A stretch of 64,000 nucleotides of DNA from Macrostomum hystrix (Eukaryota; Animalia; Platyhelminthes), in contig CATNEN010000039.1 of assembly GCA_950097015.1 (NCBI GenBank), positions 4,092,001 to 4,156,000 on the forward strand. Reading direction: 5' to 3'. The translations under genes and the position numbers were made by a program. Position 1 is the stretch's first letter; the number at the start of each line of letters is the position of its first letter. Shown piece by piece: positions 12,653-24,866 of the stretch. The notes beneath the pieces are model-generated. The model did no database searches and had not been told where the DNA came from. It saw only the letters and a program-made list of their open reading frames with translations.

Positions 12653-13285
12653 GTATGCTAGATTATTCAAGAACTGCAGTCTGGTAGCTGTGTGTTTCTT
12701 GCCGACAGAAGAAAATTAAGGCTCAAAATGTTTTCTAAATCCAACGGAAATGTGACTTACTTTCTGCTGGCTTAACTGAATCCGATTTTCACAACGCAGT
12801 GTTCGGCAACTGTTAAACACAATGAGCACAGATCATTGCTCAGTGCTCAAATGACTGCCTGCCGATGGGAATACTCACTTTTCCCTTCTTACTTCCGGTT
12901 ATGGGAAGTGGGAAGCTGGGAGGTTGCAGTGTTGGCCAGCCATTGGCTGCAATGTTTCCCAGCGCACAGCTAGACATCCATCTAGCCAGCATCCAGACTA
13001 TTTGAATATATATGGGATCATTAGCCCAGATCCCGGACTGTGCCCCAATTCGCTAGCCAAACCAAAATCCCAAGAGAAGCCGCAGCCGCTTTGTCTAAAA
13101 GCGTCCAAAGGTTCGTAACTGAAATTTCTCCCAGTTGGAAATTGGCGAATTCGAATTCTGGAAATTCTAGTGAATATTTCATTACAGCCGATAATACACA
13201 GGAAATCGAGGAATTCACATCTGCAACCAATTGGTCCAGCAATGCAAAACTGGCACCGCGATGGCACATTAATATATTAAGAGCT

Positions 13286-13900
13286 TTGAGGAAGGGATGA
13301 TGTGGTTTGATGAAGGGATGATGTGGTTTGATGAAGGGATGATGTGGTTTGATGAAGGGATGGTGTGGTTTGAGGAAGGGATGGTGTGGTTTGATGAAGG
13401 GATGACGTGGTTTGAGGAAGGCGATAGGAGTTTGAGGAAGGGATGATGAGCTTTGGGGATGGGAGTTTGAGGAAGGGATGATGAGCTTTGGGGATGGGGG
13501 TTTGAGGAAGGAGATGGGGGTTTGAGGAAGGGGATGGGAGTTTGAGGAAGGGATGATGAGCTTTGGGGATGGGAGTTTGAGGAAGGGATGATGAGCTTTG
13601 GGGATGGGGGTTTGAGGAAGGAGATGGGGGTTTGAGGAAGGGGATGGGAGTTTGAGGAAGGGATGATGAGCTTTGGAGATGGGGGTTTGAGGAAGGAGAT
13701 GGGGGTTTGAGGAAGGGATGATGAGCTTTGGAGATGGGGGTTTGAGGAAGGAGATGGGGGTTTGAGGAAGGGATGACGTGGTTTGAGGAAGGCGATGGGA
13801 GTTTGAGGAAGGGATGATGAGCTTTGGGGATGGGAGTTTGAGGAAGGGATGATGAGCTTTGGGGATGGGGGTTTGAGGAAGGGGATGGGGGTTTGAGCAA
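13286..13900. repeat. Compound purine-rich minisatellite (TTTGAGGAAGGGATG core), intergenic
   Basis: Mixture of ~21-bp and longer units sharing TTTGAGGAAGG. Confidence 0.92.
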
Positions 13901-14761
13901 TGGGAAGGGGTTTCAGGGAGGGCGGATGGGGTGTTTATGTGGCTGAACTCGATCAAGGATGAAAAATAGCTCGTAAAAATAAGACAATTAAGCGAAGCAC
14001 ACGAGTGCTTATTAATTGCTGCTTTGAGGCATAAAATTGGTCATTTATTGAATTACATATCAGTACTGGTGATATGTACTGGCAAACTCTGAATCGCATT
14101 TATTTGGTTTAATAAAAATACATTCTTACTAAAATGTGTGGCAAAATGGACGGATAACAGGTAAATAGTCGTTGAGCACATTGATTCTGTCAAAATCTCA
14201 GATTTTAATCTTAAACATCGCTTCAAAAACGCATTTGCTAAAGAATGAAAAAGTTCCATTAAAAAAGTTCTAGGCATTAGTTTCATAAAGTTTTAATGAG
14301 TAAAAAAGATTTTAAAAAACTATATTGAAATTTGTCACAAAAGAAGTATATTTGGCAAAAGCAAAGCTGAAAAGTGCGGAAGACAAAAACAAGAAAAAAT
14401 AAAGGCAAAATTTCTTGGAAAAATGGCGCTTTTCGTGTGAATCAGAAACTTTAGATAGTTGCTACTAACAGAAAATCTGTGTTAGTAGTGCTCTACAAAA
14501 ATGAAAAAAAATCTGCTGAGATAAAAAATCATTGAAAACACGAGAAATAATATTTACAGAAGAGCCAGTCGCTAATTCCCTTGCATTGAGATTCCTGGCC
14601 TGTTTGGCATCAACTTCCCTGGCAACCAACGCTCATACCTGCACTTCTGACTGCCTTAAAAAACATTTGACTGGAATATAAAGTTTACTTTAAGAGCTAA
14701 TACGATGTACTAGTGGAGATTCTAAGATTCTTACGTATGAGGCTTATCTTAAGCATATAAA

Positions 14762-17700
14762 TTAAGCCTCAAGATTATCTCGAGGCGCATAGGGGCTGCT
14801 CTCGTTTTCGATGGTGTTTCGCTGCTCAGCCGGGCGCTCTAGCGGTGTTTGGCTCGAGCTAGAGCTTGAGTTCGAGTTCGGTATATAGTTCAGTGGAATA
14901 TCTGCAAATTTCAATGGTTGAGCACTGCATATTAGTTGCTGCTTTAGTGACGGTGACCACAAAGCCATCAATAGCTCACACACAATCACACCGGTGTACA
15001 CCTACAGAAACACCTGTGCTATACTCACATGCCCTAAAGTTGTACATACACTAAGTACCCCATGGTAATTAAACTCTATGCAATGGTTGGCCATTGCCTG
15101 AAAGCCATTGCCACGAAGTGAAATTTTAGGCACTGGCGCATCATTTGGTGACTAGACCAGAAGCCAGCGAGGAGGCAATTCTGACCATTTCGCTGACTCC
15201 TGAGCGCACATTCACACGGATATCGTACGCAGGCACACACTCACACAGGTGTGTACATTTTCCCTGACTTTCTCATCGTCAGGCAGTGTACATTCCCAAG
15301 CCTTCTCTCCGCGGCTGCGCCCAAAATGTGGCCTCGCCGTGGAATCGAGCTCAGCTGACCTTGGTGCGAGAGGCAAACCCGTTGACCGCTCAAGCCTGCC
15401 ACTGACTCCCTTCACATGCCCTAAGTACACTTGCCGTGTGTTCCCTGTGTACACCTGCTCACTGAAAACAGATGCGAAACCTACCAAACTGATTCGTATC
15501 CTCGCCACTGCCGCCATTGTGAATCGCGATACCGTTGCTTAACGGAGTGGTCGCTGTAGCCATCTCGGCATTGCTATCGTCGATATTCTGGTTAGCATTC
15601 AACTCCACATGCAGCAGGCTCGGATACCGATTCGCCACTGCCGGCGGCACCCGGTGGCAGCAAAGCCGATTGCGGTACCACCAAATGGCGAAGGCAACAG
15701 CTGCGATTAAAACGGCTACGGCTACGGCTACGGCGAGGCCAATGACGTTACTAACTGGAACGATCCGATTTACTGCCTCGTCTGACTTCTCGATGATGAG
15801 CGGCTCCAGCTGCAGCAGCTTTGTATCGCCGTTGCCTAGCAACAGATTGGCACGCAATCGAAGCGAAGGCGAGGTCGACTCAGACAGGAGGGCTGTTGAA
15901 AGCGGGCAACGGAATCGAGTCGTAGACTTGGCGATCCGGCTGCAATTAGCGACTCGAGTAGTCGTCGCACTGCTGGCGTAGGCAACGTCAAAACTGATGA
16001 CGAAGAGTCCGCGCAGTCCACAGCGTCGCGGCGCAGCCTCGAATTCGACGTAGCCCTTGCGGCGCAGCCAGGTTGGCGCCGAATTTAGCAACGACTCGCC
16101 TTCCATGGCGAAAGCTCGCTGGCGACAAACACAATGACCGCCAGGAGCCGACGCGAGCCCATTCTCTGAGGGAACTAAAAAACTGCCGTTCGACTGACGT
16201 CGACTTATCTTCACCCACGAGCCGTTGAATTCGGCGTGGCCAGATGTGCTGACCCGGGTCGCATTGTCATCCGCCATGACGGACTTCGGCGGAGAAATCG
16301 GCCGACACGATGACCAAAGTGGTTCCAGTGGCGATGCGCTGAAAATTAATTGGCAAAGTTCTTTTAAAGCCCTTTTCGGGTCGTCGACTCGAACCCGTGA
16401 CCTCCTATGGAAACTCACTCAGACACGGCATGGCAGGCGGCAATCTTCGATGGTGGACTGAAGTCCGACTCAGCCAGCCTCAGCCGCCATCGGGCGGAAG
16501 CGGCAAAGCCGTGGTCGTCAACTTCATCTTCGCGTTGAAGAAACAGCAGCACCTGCAGCTCGGCGTGGCTCGCCGTCGACGCTTCGTCGTCACCGTCGAG
16601 ACATTCAGCCAGCTGGACAGCTGGTATAATCGGCGTTGACGGACCCTGGCCGGCCGAGGTAGCAGCCGACACCGCCAGCGCATTGCCTGAGCAAAGCAGA
16701 GAATAGCAAAACTGATGTCCGAGATGGCCTACTGACAGTAGAAATACGTGATTATTAATCGCATACAGCCAAGAAACGGCAAGGATTTGAGCCTACCCTG
16801 CATCATTTCATTCACTGGCGCCCAGACTCCACCGTTTTCCCCGGCTGAAGGCGACGGCGACAGTTCGGCAATAAGCACCAGCTGGCCATCAGTGCCGTTC
16901 GCGGCCTTCGAAAGACTCAGCAGCGCATAAGAGAGTATCGGTCCGTTCCTACAAGCGTCAGGAGGCGGAGCCACCCAGGCTGTGCGGAGCAGCCGCAGCG
17001 CCAGCTCCGGGGCGCAGGGTCGCCAGACGGGCGTCGTAAGCCTCGCCGTAACCGGCGTCGACCAAGCCGCCCGGTTAAAATAGCGCGGGCGGCAGTCCAC
17101 AATGGCCGCGTATTTTTCGTTGCCCCGAGCAGGCACCAATAGGCGCGTCGCGTTCGCAATCGACGTCGCCTCGACGTGGCCGTCGGTTTCGCCAATGCCG
17201 CTTTGAAGCCGCAGCCGAAGGCGACACTCGTAGTCCCGCAGGCGCGCCGGGTCCGGCCGGGTCGGCGGCGAAAATTCGGCGACAACAGCGACGCCAGTCT
17301 TGGGCGAAGGCGAGACCAACACGTTGATAGCTGTCGTGACACGCAGATCGATCACTGGACCAGCTTGTTCTGTGAATGAGTGAGACAGAAATTTGATTGC
17401 TTCTTAAAAAGCCGAAAGTTAAATAAACTTCAACTTTCCCTGTCCCTCCCTCACCACTTCCGCCCTCTACATCCCTCATCTCTTCCGCCCTGTCCCTCAC
17501 TCACCATTTCTGCCATCTAAATCCCACATCTCGAACGCCCTCTCCCTTCCTCATCTCCGCCCTGTCCCTCCCTCACATCTTCCGCCCTGTCCCTCCCTCA
17601 CATCTTCCGCCCTGTCCCTCCCTCACATCTTCCGCCCTGTCCCTCCCTCACATCTTCCGCCCTGTCCCTCCATCACATCTTCCGCCCTGTCCCTCCCTCA

Positions 17701-19762
17701 CATCTTCCGCCCTGTCCCTCCCTCACATCTTCCGCCCTGTCCCTCCCTCACATCTTCCGCCCTGTCCCTCCCTCACATCTTCCGCCCTGTCCCTCCCTCA
17801 CATCTTCCGCCCTGTCCCTCCCTCACATCTTCCGCCCTGTCCCTCCCTCACATCTTCCGCCCTGTCCCTCCCTCACATCTTCCGCCCTGTCCCTCCCTCA
17901 CATCTTCCGCCCTGTCCCTCCCTCACATCTTCCGCCCTGTCCCTCCCTCACCACTTCTGCCCGTCCCTCTCCACAACAGACCAGCTCACCAAACTCTCGC
18001 CTGTCGCTGTCCAGTAGTATCCAGCGGCCGCACCAGCCCAGCAGGTTGCAGGCCCGGGCCCTGAGTAGCACTTTACTACTGTTATCGCCTCTGACACTGC
18101 CTAATTTGTCATCCACCATTGTCCACCGACAGAGACCTTTCGCATCGCAGCTGCAAGCTGTCGTCACTGGCTCGCTAGTGCTGCTGCACTGGCGATATGC
18201 GAAACCAGTTGAGCTGCGTGCAAGAACATCATAGGTCGTTGTTTTCTTTGACTGATGATTTTTAACAAAAGTCTTACAATATTATCTCACCTATCGGCAA
18301 ACTGCAGCACCAGGTGAACCCTGCCCTGTGAAATCAGAATGTTGGACTCTCTCCAGACCTGCTCAAGGCCTGGTTTGGGTAAGCAGCTGAACTCGGCCGA
18401 GTCGCGGTTCGGCCATTCGCAGGCGAGTCCAAACAGCTCGGGTGGGTCTGCAACCGATGCAAAATTGTGTGGTCCAAAATAATACCGAATAGCGGGTGGA
18501 GACAGATTGTAGTTGGATAGCGGGGGGAGACAGACTGTAGTTGGATAGCGGGTGGAGACAGACTGTAGTTGGATAGCAGGGGGAGACAGATTGTAGTTGA
18601 ATAGCGGGTGGAGACAGATTGTAGTTGGATAGCAGATGGAGACAGACTGTAGTTGGATAGCGGGTGGAGACATATTGTAGTTGAATAGCGGGTGGAGACA
18701 GACTGTAGTTGGATAGCGGGTGGAGACAGATTGTAGTTGGATAGCGGGGGGAGACAGATTGTAGTTGGATAGCGGGTGGAGACAGACTGTAGTTGGATAG
18801 CGGGTGGAGACAGACTGTAGTTGGATAGCGGGTGGAGACAGATTGTAGTTGAATAGCGGGTGGAGACAGATTGTAGTTGAATAGCGGGTGGAGACAGACT
18901 GTAGTTGGATAGCGGGTGGAGACAGACTGTAGTTGGATAGCGGGTGGAGACAGATTGTAGTTGGATAGCGGGTGGAGACAGATTGTAGTTGAATAGCGGG
19001 TGGAGACATATTGTAGTTGAATAGCGGGTGGAGACAGATTGTAGTTGGATAGCGGGTGGAGACAGACTGTAGTTGGATAGCGGGTGGAGACAGACTGTAG
19101 TTGGATAGCGGGTGGAGACAGATTGTAGTTGGATAGCGGGTGGAGACAGACTGTAGTTGGTTAGCCTGTGCAGATAAGAGATGAGCAATATCTCACCTCC
19201 TACAAAGAGCTCAGCGTGAGCATAGCTAGTATGGCCGTCATCGCTCATATTGACGCACTGATAGGTGCCTGAGTTGGCCCTTCTAACATTAGTCAGAGTC
19301 CAGGCAAAAGTCGTTGAATTAACTTTCCATGCGCTGACCGTTTCAGTCGCTCCTTTAGTGCCCGGAGCTGACCAACGAACCCGCAGATGACTTTGCAGAG
19401 CATGGGAGGTGATTTCTACTAGACCGGCATCCGGTAAGACAGTGCAGAGAACCGTCAGGTTGGCTCCAGACCGCAGAAAGTTGCTGGGTAGAAGCGCGAT
19501 TGCTTGAGGGTGGTCGAAAATATTATTTAGTCTACAAACATATGTTTCTACAGAACACTTTTAAGTTCAAATAACAATTAACAGATTGCCATTTCAGGTT
19601 TGCAAAAAAAGTAAAGAAAATATAAAATTGCTAAAACAATTTACAAAAAAGCAGAAACACCAAGTACTTACTGAATGGTGCTTGAATGTATGCATTAGCA
19701 AAGCATAGGCCTAATAGCAGAAAAATTGACTGTACAGTGACAAGACCAGATTTATATTTGGC
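14762..19762 (-). CDS. Type I membrane receptor with Ig, cytokine-receptor-homology-like FN3 pair, further FN3s, TM and Tyr-bearing tail (gp130/Domeless-like)
   Basis: Exons 19762-19672 (signal-like), 19547-19197 (Ig: LTNVRRANSGTYQCV), 18447-18291, 18213-17990, 17369-16797, 16686-16419, 16338-15485 (TM VIGLAVAVAVAVLIAAVAFAIWWY) and 14901-14762. All GT-AG and phase-consistent, ~885 codons. Start codon not located. Confidence 0.75.
15128..15400 (-). mobile_element. tRNA-derived SINE family A in the last intron of the receptor gene
   Basis: Minus-strand head with A/B-box-like GAGCGG..GAGCTCGATTCC. Body matches 58255-58560. Confidence 0.8.
17440..17970. repeat. 25-bp minisatellite (CATCTTCCGCCCTGTCCCTCCCTCA), intronic
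   Basis: Near-perfect period 25 from ~17555 to 17950, within intron 17370-17989. Confidence 0.96.
18487..19162. repeat. 28-bp minisatellite (GTAGTTGGATAGCGGGTGGAGACAGAYT), intronic
   Basis: Period 28. Fills intron 18448-19196. Confidence 0.96.
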
Positions 19763-20839
19763 CTGAAAAAGCATCAAAAGTAGACTTCTTTTAAAAGACA
19801 AGTGAAGATATGAGCTGCAAAATAGCTAGTAAGTTCATTTTTACCAAATATTATGGTACCTAGACCTAAGACCTGATTAGATGCATTCAGATAGTTAATT
19901 CATCTAAATATTGGAATAAATATTGAACATAAACCATGATAAAAGCTGTGGCAACTTATCAATCAACAGAAATGATGAGTTGCAAGGTACTTTTCGAAAA
20001 ACAGTTTCTTTATACTGGTAGGAAAAACTATCAATATGTTTGCTATGGGAATGCCTTGCTATGGCTTGCTGTTGCTGTCTTCTTTTGGATATGACATGGC
20101 TAGTCTTCTTATAAGTATAGTTTTCTCTAGAACTAATAATTAATGTTTCATAAAATACACAAAATCACATATAACTTTTTTCCACTCAGACATAATACTA
20201 TGATATAGTTCTATAAGCTGCATTATGAAAGTATAAAGATTAAGAAATATTCATCAAAATAATATAGCTATTTTATACAACTATTTTCATGGCTGAACAG
20301 TTTTTGACATTTATTTGTTTCTTAAGAATACAAGTAAAATACAAGTGTAACGCTAGTCCTACTCCCTAATAGAAAACTGCAAGTTTAGAAAATTATATTA
20401 TAACAATGGGTATGTTTATAAAAGAAAGTATAAATGTTTTCACTTAAGAAAATAACTCAAAATTACTCCAGACCTATTTACTATATTTTCTGATAAACTC
20501 TTAGCCAGTTTAAACAAGTAGCTATGCTTTCAATCAACAATATTGGTACTATACTATCCGTGGTACTATTCAAAAATAACTTATTTTCCATTAGTTAAAA
20601 CTACGCTACGTCACAAAGCACGCTGAATGAGAAGTCGTGTTTAGAATTCCGGGATAATAGCGAACTGTGTTTCGACGCTTGCGAAAAGACTGGTAGGTAT
20701 ACTTAGCTGCCCTTACTCTACTATAAACTAATCGAATTTATATGATGGATTTTTTGTATGTAAGACTTCATACAGTACAACTTGCTATTTAATACCTTTT
20801 AAATTTTTATTTTGCTACTGAGTATGGTTTAATACAATA

Positions 20840-21183
20840 ATAACTAATTAATAATAAATAATTCAATTAATAATTATAATTAATAATAATTGATTACACC
20901 TGCCCCAATCGGTTCAGATGTGCAGCCGACAGCACAGCCGCAGCTAATGCGCGGCGCATCTGAAGGCTGCGTACAGCTGTTCAGTCCACGGACTGGGGGG
21001 ACGCCACACCCACCTTCAATTATCCCAGCTGATGCTGGTACCCATTTAACAGCTGGGTGAACTGAAGCAATGCAGAGTTAAGTGTCTTGCTAAAGGACGC
21101 AAATTGTTCCAGTCGGGGTCGGGAATCGAACCCCCGACCTTCAAGTCGTGAGTCCGACGCCCTAACCACTAGGCTACAACCTC
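20840..21183 (-). mobile_element. tRNA-derived CORE-type SINE (family B) with (ATT)n tail and ~27-bp flanking duplication
   Basis: Minus strand: TAGCCTAGTGG (A box), GGTTCGATTCCC (B box), then CCTTTAGCAAGACACTTAAC..CAGTTCACCCAGCTGTTAAATGGG, resembling the CORE domain. Flanked by tttgctactgagtatggttyaatacaa on both sides. Confidence 0.85.
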
Positions 21184-21732
21184 TACTACTACTACTTATA
21201 ATTTGCTACTGAGTATGGTTCAATACAAATATACCACAGTGCTGACCCAAAGGTAGAATGTAATCATTCCTACCAGAGGCAGCCAGGTGAGCGACTCATT
21301 GGTAGTTAGTTGAGGTCCAGTTGCTAAGGTTTCGTTGTGTAATATTTTATGTATATGTAGTAGGTTTGGCCAGTGAGGTCTCTAATAGAGACTATACTAC
21401 TTAAAAGAGTAGCCCTACTACCAGTGCTACCACCCCTTGAGGTCCTAGACTCCAAAAATAAAACATAATCCGATAGGCTCCCGTTTGCTAAGACCAAAGC
21501 AAAACAAAAATTTCCGTCAGAGGGACTCTATTCTGCAAAAATTTAAAGGAAATTAAAAAGTGGATTGCTCGTCGTCACTTTTAAATGATTACCAACAATG
21601 AGAAGAGTGAAAAGGAGAAGGGTTGTGTGTTTTCTAAATTTTTATTTTGCTACTGAGTATGCTTCAATACAAATATACCACAGTGCTGACCCAAAGGTAT
21701 ACAGGTGCTACCTTTATTCATCTCATCTCATA

Positions 21733-22266
21733 TTAGATATGAGATGGGAACAATGGTTAGATTTGGGATGCGAACAATGGTTAGATTTGGGATGCGAACA
21801 ATGGTTAGATATGAGATGGGAACATTGGTTAGATTTGGGATGGGAACAATGGTTAGATTTGGGAGGGGAACAATGGTTAGATATGAGATGGGAACAATGG
21901 TTAGATTTGGGATGGGAACAATGGTTAGATATGAGATGGGAACATTGGTTAGATTTGGGATGGGAACAATGGTTAGATTTGGGAGGGGAACAATGGTTAG
22001 ATATGAGATGGGAACAATGGTTAGATTTGGGATGGGAACAATGGTTAGATTTGGGAGGGGAACAATGGTTAGATATGAGATGGGAACAATGGTTAGATAT
22101 GGGATGGGAACCATGGTTAGATATGAGATGGGAACAATGGTTAGATTTGGGATGGGAACAATGGTTAGATATGAGATGGGAACAATGGTTAGATATGAGA
22201 TGGGAACAATGGTTAGATATGAGATGGGAACAATGGTTAGATTTGGGATGGGAACAATGGTTAGAT
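21733..22266. repeat. 24-bp minisatellite (TTAGATTTGGGATGGGAACAATGG)
   Basis: Period 24, with two interleaved variants. Confidence 0.96.
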
Positions 22267-23029
22267 GTCTAGAAATTGTTTTAGAGGTCCAATTACTAAG
22301 AAGATAAGTAATATTATCCCTTCCGATTGCACTCCATTCTACGTCAATTAACACTGACTGGGCATAAAACACCACAATTATAGTAACCATTAATGAAAAG
22401 CTGTGGAATTATTATGCAAAAATACGTGAAAATGAGAAAGTCGACTTCAAGATTGAAGAAATTCAGTTGCTAAAATTTTTCATCCGAACCAAGTGCCAAA
22501 ATTAAGCTTATACAAATAATCTCATTCACCTCATAAACAAAACTGGAATTCACTAATCCAAACAAATATATTTGCTTAAATGAAATGTATTGGTGTTCAA
22601 AATTCAGGTACTTTGGCTTTGTTTAACTAAGAACAAACAAGAAGACTTTTATTATCATGTAGAGAACGGCAAACGGGTAAAATGCAATAACCAAATCATA
22701 TGGAAGTAATAAAAGATCCATTTCTATTGTCGAGCAGAAAAAGACTATTTGTAAGCCTTACAAAACACCTTAATCGATGAAATAATGTTCCATCGATTAG
22801 ACTCGCAGGATATATGTTTCTATCTACTTTCAAGCAAAATTGTTATAACACAGATAACACCCACTTCAGAAAGGGCAGCCAGACTGCAAAAATATGAACA
22901 AGGCAGGAGGACCACAGCACAATACCATGCAGTCCAGAAAAGTAAAACAAAGGCATTTATCAGTGGCAAACCTAATTTTGTAAAATGGAAGTAGTCAGAT
23001 CCTGTCGGATCAGAAATACCAAATGTGGG

Positions 23030-23392
23030 ATATTTGAGATGGGAACAATGGTTACATTTTAGATGGGAACAATGGTTAGATATGAGATGGGAACAATGGT
23101 TAGATTTCAGATGGGAACAATGGTTACATTTTGAGGTGGGAACAATGGTTACATTTGAGATGGGAACAATGGTTACATTTGAGATGGGAACAATGGTTAC
23201 ATTTGAGATGGGAACAATGGTTACATTTGAGATGGGAACAATGGTTACATTTGAGATGGGAACAATGGTTACATTTGAGATGGGAACAATGGTTACATTT
23301 GAGATGGGAACAATGGTTACATTTGAGATGGGAACAATGGTAACATTTGAGATGGGAACAATGGTTAGATTTGAGATGGGAACAATGGTGAC
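23030..23392. repeat. 24-bp minisatellite, same family as 21733-22266
   Basis: Unit TTACATTTGAGATGGGAACAATGG. Confidence 0.95.
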
Positions 23393-24006
23393 AAGGTCAT
23401 ATTTAACAGGTAATGGAAGTTAGTTGGAATAAGTTGAGAAGCAGATTGTAGTTTAAACCGTATGTGACTGACTAGATGAAAAAGCAATAAAAGTGAATAA
23501 ATTAAGCACAAATCACAGCTAGTAACAGTCGATCGATAATACGATCAAGAAATTAGAAGCAATGTCAGATGAATCACGTGAATGTTACACGAGAGTGCGT
23601 CAAAGCAATCAAAGAGAAGTAAGCAGACGCAGCAACAAACTAGCAACCTCTCAGAGCACAATCGAAAGGTAAGAGAAAAAATGCAAACTTAATGCAAATT
23701 AAGTTTTTTTCCGACATCAATCCTGTTAGATTGATGAGAGGCATACTGGCGTTGTGCTTCGCCTCTGTAAACAGTAAACTGCAAACAGACAGGATTAAAG
23801 GCAGTCTAAATAAACGGCATTTCTAAGAGAAAGCCATGTTCTGCAATCGAGCTATTTACTTTGATAGTGCGACCATTTTTACACTTTCCAATAGAGAATT
23901 CGCTTTCGCACTCCAGTCTAACTACTGTGAGTAGCAATTAGAATTCTACTGTCGCCTGGACACAAGAAGACCAAAACCTGGAGAAAGGCAGAAAATAAAA
24001 CGGCTG

Positions 24007-24737
24007 TCATTTTTCCTTTGACTCCGGTGCGAGAAGCGGCGGTGGCGGCGGAGCTGGCGCCGGTGGTGCTGTCGCCGACACGGCGGACGAGGACGTCTTT
24101 TTCGACGAAGGCGAGGGCGACGGAGCCGCAGCGCGTCTCGTGACGACGGCTCTGAGCTCATCATTGGGCCTTGGCGGCAAAGCGTAGCCGTCGTCGTCAT
24201 CGTCGCCGTAGTCGGAGTCCACTCCGCTGTTGATCAAGTCGTCCGCCTCGGATCCAGCCTCGATGTCGCCTCGCCTTCGCCGTCGACGCTTCTTTTGACG
24301 ATCGCGCTGCTGCTGCTGCTGCCGGCGCCTGCGTCGACGCCGGCGTTGGCCGGCCTCACCGTCGGCGTCACTGAAGCTTTGAAATCGGCGCCGACGACAG
24401 CATCGCCGACAGGCGCCTAGGAGGCAGCGCGCGGGCGGCAGGCAGGCCAGGGCGGCGATGACCGCCGCCAAGCCGACGTAGATCACCGACCAGTCGCAGT
24501 TGGGTCCGCCGGCCAGCGGGTTGCTGGTCCACAGCCACTGGCAGCGGCAGGCGCGGCTGGCCGGATCGCAGACTCCGCGGCCGGAGCAGGCCAGCTGGCA
24601 GGTCTCGGTGCGCAGGTTGGCGATGGGGTAACCGAGGGAGTCCGGTGGCAGACGACGGCGGAGGGTGGCGACCAGCTGGAGGGTAACGAAAGTTTGGATT
24701 TCGAAAGATACAGGCAGACAGACAGACAGACATACAT

Positions 24738-24812
<75 letters not shown>

Positions 24813-24835
24813 GGCAGACTGACAGACAGACAGAC

Positions 24836-24866
<31 letters not shown>

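Noticed and set aside
21100-21183. tRNA genes at SINE heads (also ~28500, ~45500, ~58530)
   Set aside because: A/B boxes are present, but each continues into a SINE body and tail without a convincing cloverleaf.
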